A stretch of 62,024 nt of DNA, filler included, from Choristocarpus tenellus KU-1152 (lineage: Eukaryota > Protista > Phaeophyceae): the NCBI GenBank assembly GCA_964200185.2. It is 11 parts of 11 records of this genome, joined end to end, with 100 filler letters (N's around TTAATTAATTAA, not from the genome) between each part and the next. Parts side by side here need not be neighbours in the genome. Positions count along the whole stretch, not along the records: positions 23,283 to 30,833 come from CAXNAD020005977.1; positions 30,934 to 37,200 come from CAXNAD020008528.1; 9 more parts are not named here. The stretch is one strand, 5' to 3'. A program made the position numbers and the translations under genes. A model generated the notes under the pieces. That model did not search any database, was not told the origin of the DNA, and saw only the letters and a list, made by a program, of their open reading frames with translations. Positions 23,283 through 35,856 of the stretch are shown piece after piece. Position 1 is the stretch's first letter; each line of letters opens with the position of its first letter.

Positions 23283-26200
23283 CAACCAGCCCCCCCTCTC
23301 TCCCCCCATTGTCTATCTCTCCTGTTGCTGATCCCAACCCTGTCCCAGGTCCAGGCTTCACCAGGAGATTCAATGGTGGCACCATCATATCTCCTCTCTC
23401 TTGAGGTGCTTTCAAAACACCTGAACGGGACTGAGTCCCTGTTTCATCCCCTCCCTTAATGATACCGACACAAGGAGTGCCGGTTGGTTGATTCCGTAAG
23501 GGTGCATTGATGCTGCCTCTAACACCAATATCGAACCCAGCAAGAGAAAGCCTGGCAAGCTTACGAAGCGAAGATGGGTTGGCATTGCGCATGGCTAGCA
23601 TGGCTGCATCTTCTGCTTCTGGTGATGGCCTAGTCCGAGATACTTGCCTTGAAGATATTGGACCTGCAGACGACAAACTGCGACCCATGATTGTACTGGG
23701 GATGCTCACACTCCCTTTGCATCCCCCTTCTACCCTGACAGATGATCCACTTGTTGCTGCAATTGCCTCTGCTGCCGTTGCCCCTGATGTGTGTGAGCCG
23801 GTGACTGCCTCAGGGTCGCAGAGATTTTTCATCGCCTTGGCATTGATGGCGATCTTTTGGAGTAGACCCCTTGTCATTTCTCTTTCCCTGTCAGAAAGTG
23901 CATCATGCGGAAGGGAGAACACAGAACCCTGTGCAGTGGATGTGACATTGGATTTTGGAACAGGTGCTGCGGTTTGGAGTGAAGGCTGTCTTCGATGGTG
24001 CTCAATCTCTTTTTGCTGCCGGATGATCTGTAGTGTTTGTTGAGAGTTGCAAGAATCGAGGTGATTAATGGGAATTATTAAATGCTGGGTTCCGGACGAA
24101 TTAACAAAGGACACAAAATGACACCATCTGGGAATGCCGTTTGTTTAAATAATCTGCTCAATATAGGAGAACAACCTAACTCGGAGGTCCAAAACGACCT
24201 CAATACTCGCGGATATACGAACCATCATACCTCTCTCTGACCCCCAACCAGCCTCTACCCTAACCCTAACCCTAACCCTAACCCTAACCCTAGCCCTAAC
24301 CCTTACCCCAACCTCGGACTCAATTCCTATCCTGAGCTTTGAAGACCAAAGCAAAAAATGATATTCTGCTGAGACGAGGTACAGCAATTACTAGACCGAA
24401 CTAAGGTTTGTGCTATCCCCAACACAAGATGGGAACATACTGAGATATTGGACTTAATGTGTCGATTCAATGGTTATTCGGGGATGAGGCTGCAATTTTT
24501 CCTCTCGGCATGCTCGTCCATGATTTACATCAATTCAAGGTCAACTCCATGTACATCACAATGTAGCTCTTAGATTAGCATCAAGTCTGACTGACGATAC
24601 CCCTATCCCTATCCCAAACCCAAACAGTAGCCCTTGGTCTGACCCTAATGCTGACTCAAGTTCAGTGAGACTCTTGGGCGTTTTCTAGATAAAGTATGCA
24701 TGGACCTAGGTAAGAAAATGTTTGTATTCCGTCTTTCTCATCCAGTACCCCAATGATGAGGTGAGGTTTTGGCGAAAGGTGTGCTAAAAGCACCTCATGT
24801 CTCTTCTCTGTCAGGCTGAGTCGGAGGGACGAAATCTTCTCCTCTGATGCAACAGTCACATGCTCCAGCTTATTCTTCAGGAAGTACACCATCTCTTGCA
24901 AGATGCCAACCTGCTAGCAACAAGAACAGATCCGGCAACTGTGATTAGTTGCACAGGAGTCAGTTTCACAGGATGTCAATGCCCCTAATATCGTGGGAAG
25001 CAGCATGGCATATCCTTTTCGTGATACACAGTGTTCAATACAAAATATGAAATTGCAATGTGGTGACATCTGGAGCAAATAGCTATAGTCGTAGAGCACC
25101 CCACACGCGTATTCATACATGTATGCATATAATCAAGTACTGCAATTGCATTGACTGTACAGCAAGTAAAGTCCCGTGTCTATTGAGACCATGAGGTAAC
25201 TTCAGGGTAGGGTTTCCGCCACTTTAAGGTACATGTAGGTTGATGGATCGGACTCGTAAGGACTGCACCCCTTAGAACAGGAACCCACTAGCAAGGGATA
25301 GAACAAGCAAGCCAAGGAGAAACTGAAGTACAAAATACTCCTCTCTCCACTATGCAGCTGGTCAGTGTAGACCTACGTGGGCAAAGTTCTCCCCTATCTC
25401 CTTATTGTTTTGTACTTTCTATTAAACCCATCTTAGTATTACTCGACAAGAAGTGATTCCAGTCCTAAGTCTCTGCAAGTAAGGAAAGGTATTGCTCAGG
25501 TACCACTAGCGATATACAGCAGGCTAGGCATGGTTGATATGATCACAACACAAACCTGTCCACCCCTTCAATATTGTTTTTATGTGTGCATGAGAATATT
25601 CCTAGTTGTTGAGTTAGTTTTCCGTTTGAAACGTCCACCATATAGTACTGGTGTGCCATCATTGTCAGGAAGGCTCCCACCCTGTCTTCTAAACTCCATG
25701 GGCCAATGTTGAAGCTCAAGTCCACTTGGTCATCTTGTAGTCTCAGGGCCACTCTCCACCTGAAGCACAAGTCATGTCACAGAACCCAACAGAGAAGTGT
25801 GTAAAGTAAGTATGAAAATGTCCAACTTGGACCTAAAAAACTTCCAAAAGGTAACACTTGGGGGAAAGAATACAGTGGCTGAGTTGAAAAAGGAGATCCA
25901 TATTGAAGCACTATGTCAGACCCAAAGGAGATGTAAGGGATGAGAAAATTGAAGTACCTTACTCAGAAATACTTCTGAGGATATGTGAAGGTCCAGTGTA
26001 GAATGAGTATAGGGAAAAGGCTGTACTGATAAGAGACTCGAGAAGTTTGGATTGTTGATGACATACAATACGCAATTTGAATCAAGAGTGAAAGTATCTT
26101 AGAGGGTATGATTTTTCCCTGTTTGTCTATTTGGGGCTTGGCTTCCCACGAGTTTTTTTATAATGCTTTACCTACTCCAAAATGTTTCGGATTGGGTAAA

Positions 26201-29200
26201 AAATATATACTTATGAGAAAGTGTGTCTGGAACAAGGATATTGACATCTCCTAACAAACATGATAGCCAAAATAATATCAAAATTGCAACAATGGGTTTG
26301 GACCCCCACATGGACACGACTCAACCATCTAAGATACTTTGGCTCTCAAGAAGAAAGACATCCATGTTCCTGGGTCACAGTAATATTCCAAACCCTGCTA
26401 CACAGTATGGTCTACACCTTAACTAAGCCGAACTAATCGTCAGAGGTGTGAGTCTAAGAAGACTGTGACCCGAAGTATCTCTGTGTGTGGGGGGGGGTCT
26501 ACACCAGGGTGTTCATTCGAACCAACATTAGGAAAAGTGTATTTACATTATCCATCCGACGTATGCAACCAAATCACACAAAAATCATGACAGAAAAAAG
26601 TTGACTCCAAATGGACAGCCGCCACCCCCCTCCCAGATACTTTAAGCCTGTTGATCTACCACTAAAACAGGTCCTAATCTACCTAATGAATGGTCTTCAT
26701 TACCATACATCTGCATCAAATGTGACCCACCCTCCAAGTTTATTTATGGTTGCCTCCAGCTCCGCTTCCTGAGCGAGTAAATCATTCATGACGTTCATGG
26801 ACACATCTGACCCCAAGGCTTTCAGGCTCTCGATCTCCTGCCGTACCTGAGAAAAAAAATTCAGATACCATAGAATTAGATCTATTTCTTGCCCCTACAA
26901 TTTAAATGGAAAAGTGTCCCCAACTAGAGTATTACTGAGTTGTGTTGTGTTCCAGTATCACAGAGGTTGGTATGCAGGAAACTAAGATCCCTGTCTAGAT
27001 GATAGGGTATAGTCATGTCCGATCCACGTTTTGCTTCAACCACCGATAAATGCTAAGGTATTTCACCCCACGCCGCTTAGGCTCACGACAACTGACTTCA
27101 TGGAGGATGTTCGCCTTGACCGCAATTTCAGTACTGGTGCCCGATAAGTTGAAACCTTCGCCACTCTGTCGCGATCTTGCTTGCTCAGTTGTACCTTCCT
27201 CCATAGGATTGTGCGGTTTTTCTGAACACAGCTTGACTGGCACACAAACAGAAGGACCGAAAGAGGGAGCTAGAGTGCCCCCCTTGGCAAAACAAATTCC
27301 AGATGTTGACCCTTTGACCACCCTTTGATTCTGATCAGTAGCAGTATCATGAAGTGAACCTTTGAAACATTCAACAGGTTGTTGGGGCATGTGCTCCAAA
27401 TTCGAGAGGTGTGCCGATAATACAACAGATCCAGACTGGTCCACCATGCTGCTGCCAAAATCAGGAGGGGAAGCTCCCCCCGTTTGGGTGAGCCCTTCTG
27501 AAATATTAACTTTCACACCCTCTCCATTATCAGTCTCACTGAGATCCTCATCAGCTGCTTTGTACACTGCATCGCAGGGTATGTCAGATACATTAAGCAT
27601 CTGAGGGGGAGAATCTTCCACTTCTGGGGCTTTGAGACACTCAGGAAAACTATCAAGAACACATGATACTTCTGTGGTGTTAGCAGGCTTATCTCCCTCA
27701 CATGAGGGTGAAACTAGAAGGCTTTTCCTCTCATAGTAACTTAAGCTGTCAGCCTTTCCTGGCAACCCAAAAGGTGCTCTAGAATGGTCACCAACATTGA
27801 TTGTATGGGCTGGCTCCTTTCCATGAGGAATGTCGACGTCAGCTCTTTCCTGGATCTGGTTTGCACCTGTGCTATTGCTTTGATCAGCAGTCCCTCTGGT
27901 TCTGAGAGCCTAGATGAAATATGCAAAGGGACAAGAGATGTTGTTCTTGATAAAGACATTCAATTCCAACGTTAACGAAAAAGTTGGACAGAAAGATATT
28001 TTGCACAATTTTGCTGTCATAGCACGTCTCCCATCATCACATTATTGCGCAACTAATCGATTTCTACATTTCTGTACTTTATCTCTGTCCGACTAACAGG
28101 GGAGGATTATTTTCTCATAGAGTCCACCTGTGTCACTTTGGCTCATATGTGGTGCTTTCCATAGGCCTTTACCTCATTGTAAGAAAGGAAGTGAGGGGCT
28201 CCTCAATTGCTGCCAACAAACATGACATGGAGATGGTTTGGACAGCAAGAATTGAAACATTTGAGTGCAACTGGAGGCCCAGACAAGTGGGTGAACAAAT
28301 CCTTGGTAAGTGTTGATTTGAGTGAGTGAATGGTCTGGTGAAAACAAAAAAGCTGGACTTTATACCAGACCGGGGACCTGTGACTTGGCAGAATCATGGG
28401 ATGGCTACATATACCAAGCCGTCAATGTATACGTGAGTTGGCAGCAATGAGGATCCCTTCCTTCCTTTCTTGCAATAAGGTAACTGCCGTGCAAAACACA
28501 GCAAATGAGAAGCCGAAGTGACCAAAAGATGCTATGAGAAAATTACTCCGTCCCTCTTAGTTTAAGAGAGACAGGGAGAGAGTAAGGGCAGAAGAAATCG
28601 ATTACTTGTGGCATAAAGTGGTGGTGGGATATGTTCTGCTATGATAGCACAATTGTTGGATTTATTTGTAAGGAATGCTACCAAATGAATTTGTGAAAGA
28701 GGAAGAAGTGAGCGAGCTGGACTCCTCAGGGTCACTTGGAATGTGTGGTGAATTTTGCTTGTGAAGTTTGAACCTAAATACACTCCTTCACATAGGTGCT
28801 ATACATCTACCCATCCATACTTTTATTGTATGTACCACTACTACCTTCAGAATATACTACATTGTACACTTCGAACTATTGTTCATTACAATTTGAAAAT
28901 TTGTACGTGTTGTTGCCAATATGAACATGTGTATTACCCCAGGTAGTTAAAAAATATCTCCGACAGGGCCAATTTAATTCTTGAAATGTTTTGACAGGGC
29001 TGGTCTGGGTAAAATGTGTCTTTTCAGGTCTGGGCATGGACAAATAGAAAGTTGAATGGGGCAATGCCATGTGCAAACCTCAGAATAATTATACTGGTAC
29101 AATAGTAGATCTGTGTCAGGGCAATCAGAGATGTTAGTGAGGTCGAACCAAGGGCTGGGCCACAGCCAGAACAGATTGGACTGTTCGGGTAAACTGCCAG

Positions 29201-30731
29201 TCCAGTATAAAAACCTGAACAAAGGAAGCTTACTTCTGCTGGTGATGAGTCCCAGAGTCATAGATTTAAGGTTGCCTCTCATTTCCCTTCATCATCTCTT
29301 AGAAATTGTAGCCCATAAAGATATGTTGTTATTTCTATTACCTTCATGACGTCTGACCAAGCCATATCCATTCTGGATATACTTCGGGGGATCTCTCCAT
29401 TTTCCCCGCTGGTACCACCAAGAGCCTCTTTTCCTTCAACCAGTTGGTTGTGAAGGGTGCTTTCAAGAGTAGAACAAAGCGCTTCCAGCTTCATCCGCAA
29501 AATTATCACATGTGAAAGGGTGTCATGACGAGTGACAGAAGGGGCGACAACAACAGAGGAGCTCACTGGTCATTCCTGAACAGTGCTCTAGTGCAGACTC
29601 ACCTATCAATGGGTCACATGTGTTTCGTTTTGAAATTCCTCTAGTTTATGCCCAATGTACACCTCCTTCAAGAAAAGGGAATGAGATATCAAAATCATGG
29701 ATTGAGAGAGTGGAGTTAAAAAAAATAAAAAGTTAAAGCTGCCTTCTCGTGCATGACCTGGTACCACTAGGTCTAGAGCTATCCCTCAAGTAATTCGTAG
29801 CCTCCAATACCCAGGAAAAAAGACATTTAGGTATGTGGAAGTGGCAATGGCAATGGCAATGGCAATTGCAAGACACCATCTTGACCCAGAATTTTTGGTG
29901 AGGTTCTTCAGAAGAGACATCTTGCACAGCTCACAAGAACGTTCATGATGAATTTCCTGCAGCCGAAAATATGCTATTCTCAATTGCCGAATTTGGAGCC
30001 TGTACACACACCTCTCAACGAAAAATATTTGATAGTCATCTTTACCTTTGCAACACGAGCATGAAGCAAGCCTTGCTCCATGACTGCTGCACGGGTTCGC
30101 TTTTGATTCTCAGCAATCACAGCGGCACCTTGCACCTGAATGTTCTGTTTCATAAAAAGGCAAACACAAGCAAAATGGTAGCGACCTCTGTTTGTGTTGT
30201 TGCTTGGAGGTCAATGCAAATCCTTCACAATAAGATGCAACACTACGGGGGAGTCACAGTTAAACACCCGCTATTGTGCTCTAAAATGTGAAAATTGAGT
30301 GCCAGGGTGATTAGTATAGTTGAGAGAGCAAGGATATGTGTACAGTTGTTCATGCCAGCATTCTTGGGCGTCGATGTATATTGGTGGGTCTGACAACGAT
30401 TCCTGAAGCATGTAGGCCACACAACAAACAACAGTGTGTTTGATCATACCTCTATCCTCATCCAGAGATGGTGATCCGATTCTCTTGCAGCCTGGAGGGT
30501 CAGCTCAAGTGCCTCCTCCGCTTTTGACTTAGCTTCTCTTGCTTCCTCCAACTCGAAACTATTCTGGGATCGTTCTTCTGCCAGTTGTGTCTCAACAGCT
30601 TCTAGTGCATCTCTCTTGTGACTCATCTGTCTCTCAAGCAGGATATATTTTCTTTCCAAGGCTTCAACCTCATGCAGAGCTGCATCGCGCTCGATTGTGA
30701 CCGTGGATAGTTCCTCTTCGGCCTTACTGCT
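23283..30731 (-). CDS. Large multi-exon protein with coiled-coil and disordered regions, internal part, unknown function
   Basis: Exon 30731-30450 (SSKAEEELSTVTIERDAALHEVEALERKY..., coiled coil). Further exon-like segments near 30140-30045, 29490-29342, about 27960-27060, 26846-26700, 25758-25640, 24910-24795 and 24060-23283. Not all junctions resolved. Confidence 0.7.
24257..24300. repeat. Interstitial telomeric repeat (CCCTAA)n
   Basis: About 7 units. Similar short tracts at 9086, 13177, 13761, 37545, 37948-38178, 43243, 43468, 43574, 43823, 44941, 46217, 53221 and 54158. Confidence 0.9.
26086..26345. mobile_element. Complete intronic Sola-like MITE, 260 bp
   Basis: TCAA|GAGTGAAAGTATCTTAGAGGGT ... 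ACCATCTAAGATACTTTGGCTC|TCAA: GAG...CTC termini with an exact 4-bp TSD. Confidence 0.85.
26467..26648. mobile_element. Second adjacent Sola-like MITE with a degenerate left end
   Basis: Left GACCCGAAGTATCT; right CCAAATGGACAGCCGCCACCCCCCTCCCAGATACTTTAAGCC, nearly identical to the reverse complement of 23113-23160. Confidence 0.6.
28093..28559. mobile_element. Intronic foldback/MITE with imperfect TIRs of about 125 bp
   Basis: 28093-28217 (..ATTTTCTCATAG..GTCACTTTGGCT..AAGAAAGGAAG..TTGCTGCCAAC) aligns to the reverse complement of 28437-28559. Confidence 0.8.
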
Positions 30732-32724
30732 CTGTAGCAGTAGGCGCTGGATTTTGGGGTAAGCAAGGAATGACAGGAGGGGTGGTTGAGAAAAAAAATG
30801 GAATCTGCTGTGAGGGTCAAAGTATCTTGGGGGNNNNNNNNNNNNNNNNNNNNNNNNNNNNNNNNNNNNNNNNNNNNTTAATTAATTAANNNNNNNNNNN
30901 NNNNNNNNNNNNNNNNNNNNNNNNNNNNNNNNNAAAAACAAAATATTTTAAGAAATGATTTTATTAAAGAAGAAAAAAAAAAAAAGTTAACCCTCCTACC
31001 TCTTTTTTTTTTGTCATTTATTTTTGTTTGGCGTCCAAGAAGGGGTATGCCTTCCTTTTTGTAATCTAGGATTGGAGTAGGTGCCCTGCGGCACAATCAG
31101 CTCTTGATTTTTCCACTGATGGTGAACTCCTTCCTTGTTGCTTTTTTGCCATCCCAGGGTGTGTTGTGGCATTTGCACTCAGGTGTCATGTTTCCCTTTT
31201 TTATTAATCCATTTTTTAATCCTTCTCTACGTGAACCTTCAAATTCTGTAAATTTGAGATTTAGCATCAGAAGGATTATTCAACCCACTAATGTTCTGGT
31301 TCTTCTTGGCATTAGATTTATTTTCAGATCAAAATTGGAGACAAGGTAGGTGAGGGAGGTCCCTAATATCCTCCTACTCTGCTGAGTAGCATTAGGGACC
31401 TGTGCGCCTAATTTTTTTCTGCAGGCCAGTCTGAGTGTCAGCAGGTCCAAAATTGATATCAGGACCTGGTTGGAAGATGAAATATCAAGGCTAATTGACA
31501 GGGGCCTGATTTTGAGTAATGGTTTAGCCCTTGGCTGTACCTCAAAACTGTACCTCAAAACTGTACCCTTTTTGTGTATAATTCCCATCGGTGATTTTTT
31601 TTTTTTTTTTTTTTCAATCAAGTGCGAACCTTTTTTTTTTAAAGGTTGTTTAGGTAAAATGATTTAATATTATTATTTTTTTTTAAAAANNNNNNNNNTC
31701 CCCTCCAAGCAAGTGCGAACCTTCTTATTTTAAAGGTCGATCAGGTAAAACGCATGAATACGACTAGGGTTGTCTCAAAAATTTTGAAAATTATTTGAAA
31801 AAAAAAATGATAGCACCAAGAAGAAGAAGAAGAAGAGAGTTCGTTCTTTTTGTCCGCAATAGATACTTTTTTTTGTGATTTGTAGATCTTAATGACTATG
31901 TCGTAGCGATCGATCTCAATTTACAACTGGAGATTATTGACATCGGGAATTGAGGGGTTGGGATGCAAGCTCAGCTGGAATTCCTCACAGCACTTCACTT
32001 CACGGCATAAAAATAATATACTACTTACTACCTCTGGTTTCAAGCATGGTGCCAGTTTTTTGAGGACCAAACTCTCCCCACATGGTATCATACATCCCAG
32101 AGGGGTAGCAATGTCATTTGAATTTATAGGACCAAATACCTCGACAATTGCCTTTGCATTGCCACCAAACTTGCTGCCTTCAACAGCTCAGCGATACCAA
32201 TAACAACCCCCCCTTCTAGGCAATCAATCGTCACATGCTTTCTAGTCTCCCTCAACCAGCATGGTTGGTATCTGTCAAGTCATGGGAGCCTCTCTCACCA
32301 GTGCGTTCAATACATTTTCATTTTGCCCCTCTTTGACCCCAAAAACATTCCATTTTCAAACATGTTTTACCGTGTGTATCACCTGGTACGTCTGGTCAAG
32401 GGAAATCTGAAGTAACAATCCAAAATAATAATTATAATAATATGTTGGCATCAACTTATGCCGCAAAATGTCCAAATATATCAAACCTTACTATGTGGGT
32501 TCAGGGGTAGACTTTAGCACTGCAACGTTTTCCCTTGGCATGCACAGTGGATGATAGATTATGGATCCATCACCCACACAAAAAATATATATATTGCTTT
32601 CACTGGTTGATGCCATCTGCCTTGTGTGAAGTCCAACCATAGTATATTTGACAGGAATCTCTGTGTGAAATTAATTCTACAGGAAATAGCCCCCTCCCCC
32701 CTTCCCCTACTCTCCATCTTCCAG

Positions 32725-32876
32725 GTGAAGTGCCTGTGTTCTGGGCCTGCGGCGTAACTCCACAGGTTGTGGTAATGAGAAGCAAAGTTGACCTGTGCAT
32801 CACCCATGCACCTGGGCACATGATAGTCTGTAACATTCTCAATGAGGACCTGGCTGAGCCTGCCTTGTCTTCGTGA
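32725..32876 (+). CDS. D-glutamate cyclase / DUF1445 putative hydro-lyase, last exon
   Basis: After a polypyrimidine-CAG acceptor: (G)[54 protein letters not shown] and ITHAPGHM are DUF1445 signatures. Confidence 0.92.
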
Positions 32877-33335
32877 CAGGGAAAAAATATATATAAATGG
32901 CAATAGACTGGACCAAATTCTCCACTAGATGCTTGTCACACACACCCTGTTTGACAAGAGAATACTTGGATTGTGTTGGTGGTTGTGTCAAACCATTGAC
33001 AGAATAGAAATTTCCTCAGTCACAATTGGCTTATTTACTGCATGCAAGTTCTGATTCCATTCTCAAGTACATGGAAAAGCTATTGAACCGACTTAATGCG
33101 TACTTACCAAACCCTTCAGTTCACAACACTGCATTGCACTGTGCATCTTTCAGGCTCCCATGTGCGACCTCAGTTGAAGAGGAGACACCAACTATTGCAT
33201 ACAAAGGTCAATCTCACTCAAGGTCTTCTTCAAATACCTAGCATCCTTACCCATTCATTACATAGCATTTTCTTCCTTTTTTGTGATCATTACTTGGACT
33301 TGATAGAACCAAAAAAAAAAAAATGCTACTGTACT

Positions 33336-35856
33336 TCACCCCCCCCATACACTTTTCCTGGCAGGCACAATTGTTGGCGGCACGGTAGAGGGAACTCCTC
33401 CCCTGTCAGACCATGCATGCAACGAACCTCCCACCACAACTGGTGGTTTCAACTGTAAACTATTGCAAACTACTTCTTCTGCCCCCTCCACAGAGAGTCC
33501 TACACTCTTGTCTCTCGCCCCGGCTTCCTCAAACTCAGAACCAGAGGTGAGAAGACTTGTCGAACTAGAAGCCACCCCAGAAAAAACACCAGACCCCAAC
33601 CCAGACAACAATGATCCAGTACCGACTCCAAGACCATGGCCGCCAAGGGCACAGCATGGACCTACTCCAGAGCTCCCTAGGCCTGCCCAAGGCCTTGACC
33701 CAAAGATTGCCCCAACCTCTCTGTATGTGTGAAGAGAGCGTGATTGACCTCCCTTGAGGGCCTCTGCCCGTTGTTTCTTGGGGATGTGCTGCATTGTCTG
33801 AGATGTGCGAGGAACTTGTGGCGGGAGAATGCCAAACTGTGATCAAGCCAAACACGAAATCGTCGCAAGAGTTGTGTGTAGGTGGTTTGGACACAACAGG
33901 AGGTGGAATAGGGAGTTGGCAAAAGTTAGGATTTGGGGCAGAGAGAGAGTTGATGTCAATGGATCTGTAGGAACGAACAGAAAATATGCTCTCCATTGAA
34001 CCCCACAACAAATCAAAAGTGCTCGACCGCAAAAGAGCATGCATATCCGACGTCACTTCAAGAACCAGAACCTTCCACCTGGTTTGCACAAACTCCCCAC
34101 TCCTCACACATTTCACCTCTGTAGGCCCCATCAATCCTAGGTGCAATTACTACCTGTACACCTATCCTATCAAGTCCTGAGACAACAAAAGAACAAATAG
34201 TGTACATGCACATTGTATTTTTCTAAAACTCTGCTTCACACCCCCATCTTCCCCAACACCTCCATTACCTGGCCAAGGAGCCACTCCACACGGTCACTGG
34301 CCTGAGCCCCAACTGAGAGCCAATACTTCACTCGCTCTACATTGAAGGTCACCTCTTTCACACCAGATCTATTGGCGATTGGATCATAATTGCCGACCTT
34401 ACAGAGGGGGAAAAGGGATAAGAGGAACTAAGAATAAGATTGGCAGGGGTGAAAGGTATGGGGGTGAGGTCTCTTTTTGGATTGGTCTGATGTAAGGGGG
34501 GCAAAGATGGTTGCTACCGCTAAGTGAGATTAAAAACTATCATGTTTATTGCCCTCAAACTATCCACACACAACAGTCTTGAATTGTGTCACCTGCTATA
34601 CAGTGTGAAGCTCTTGAGCACTACTTTTCCAGGAAGGGGCCCACAGAAAGTTGCACTAAAGATAAGGACACTGTGTGGTGCATGCCACCAACTACTCTGG
34701 AAAATCCTTAACTTACATTCTCTTCAAAATGGGTAGTCGGTTGGTAGAGCAGCATAACATAACATAATTTACATCTGTAATCAGACCTCTACTCATACTG
34801 CAAACAGGCATAGTCATACCATACCATCAACTGAAATGCTGGAAAGGTAATTTTTCCAGAGGCCAACACCCAACCACTACATGGCAACTCAGCAAACTTG
34901 TGGGTCAGGTGGAAAGTACAGGGGGTATGCAGAGGGGAGGGAAGAGGAACTTCACGTACTGTGCGCGGGTTCATCACAGATTCCACCAGTAGCTTCGAGA
35001 GCCTCATTGTAAAGAGGAACACCCTACAAATCTTAAGTGACATCCGTGTCAAGGTCGCATTACGTTACCAAAAAATGGATAGCCGCCTATCATAGCAAGG
35101 GCTCATAGACCGAAACCCCATGGAGAGGAGAGGGGTTCGGTGGATAGTATTTTCTTGAGTCGTTTTTTGTGACGGGTTTCAATATTGAGTCTCATAATTC
35201 ATCCTTTTCACATGAAGAAAGGACAGGTTTTTCTTTAAGGGTTCATTGAAGTGGTTCGGAAGATTGCCATTCCTCCATGGGTTTCGACTCTGCAACATGG
35301 CATTGAAGTAATTATTCATGGGAGCCTTGTTTTCAACTACTCTGTTTTGTTGTAGGTTCTTCAGGTGCAAGGAGAGGCATGTAGTTACAGTAGATGCAAT
35401 AGCGATATCAGATTTCCTCTTTCGGCGAACTTCCACAGACTTCTGAGGTGAACCACTCATACTAACTTTCCAATAGAACGAAACATCACACCTCAGTAAC
35501 TGCGCAACGAGTCCATGCGGGAGTTGTGAAACACAATTGCAGACCATTGAAGATATCAAAACAGTATTCGGAAGAGGTGGGACTGGTCTGAGATGGTGTA
35601 ATAACACTTCGCAGGGCTGTCGTAGAGACATAGACCGGAACAAAGGACTAACGCGCTAGCTACCCACCACCACAGGCAATAGCAAAAGAAAATTGCCCAA
35701 TAGAGTTTCTGAATGCCCTCCAATACATGTATCGTGTGGCATACTCACAATCTCGATAAATTTTCCATCTCGAGGAGCCCTCGAGTCAGCCACTACCACA
35801 CGGTAGAAGGGTCGACCTCGGCGACCAAAACGCTGGAGACGAACACGCACTGGCAT
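33336..35856 (-). CDS. MRPS16: Mitochondrial ribosomal protein S16 (bS16m) with C-terminal extension, 245 aa
   Basis: Exons 35856-35749 ([36 protein letters not shown]), 34397-34269 ([43 protein letters not shown]) and 33836-33336 (FGILPP...), all phase 0. The mitochondrial assignment is inferred from nuclear location and lack of a bipartite plastid presequence. Confidence 0.92.

Noticed and set aside
31615-31760. Direct repeat AAGTGCGAACC...TAAAGGT..AGGTAAAA either side of a 9-N gap
   Set aside because: The left copy is a low-quality, T-rich version of the right copy, consistent with a read-end or scaffolding artefact.
35179-35643. 154-aa ORF nested in the MRPS16 intron
   Set aside because: Non-ATG start, no recognisable motif and no supported splice integration.
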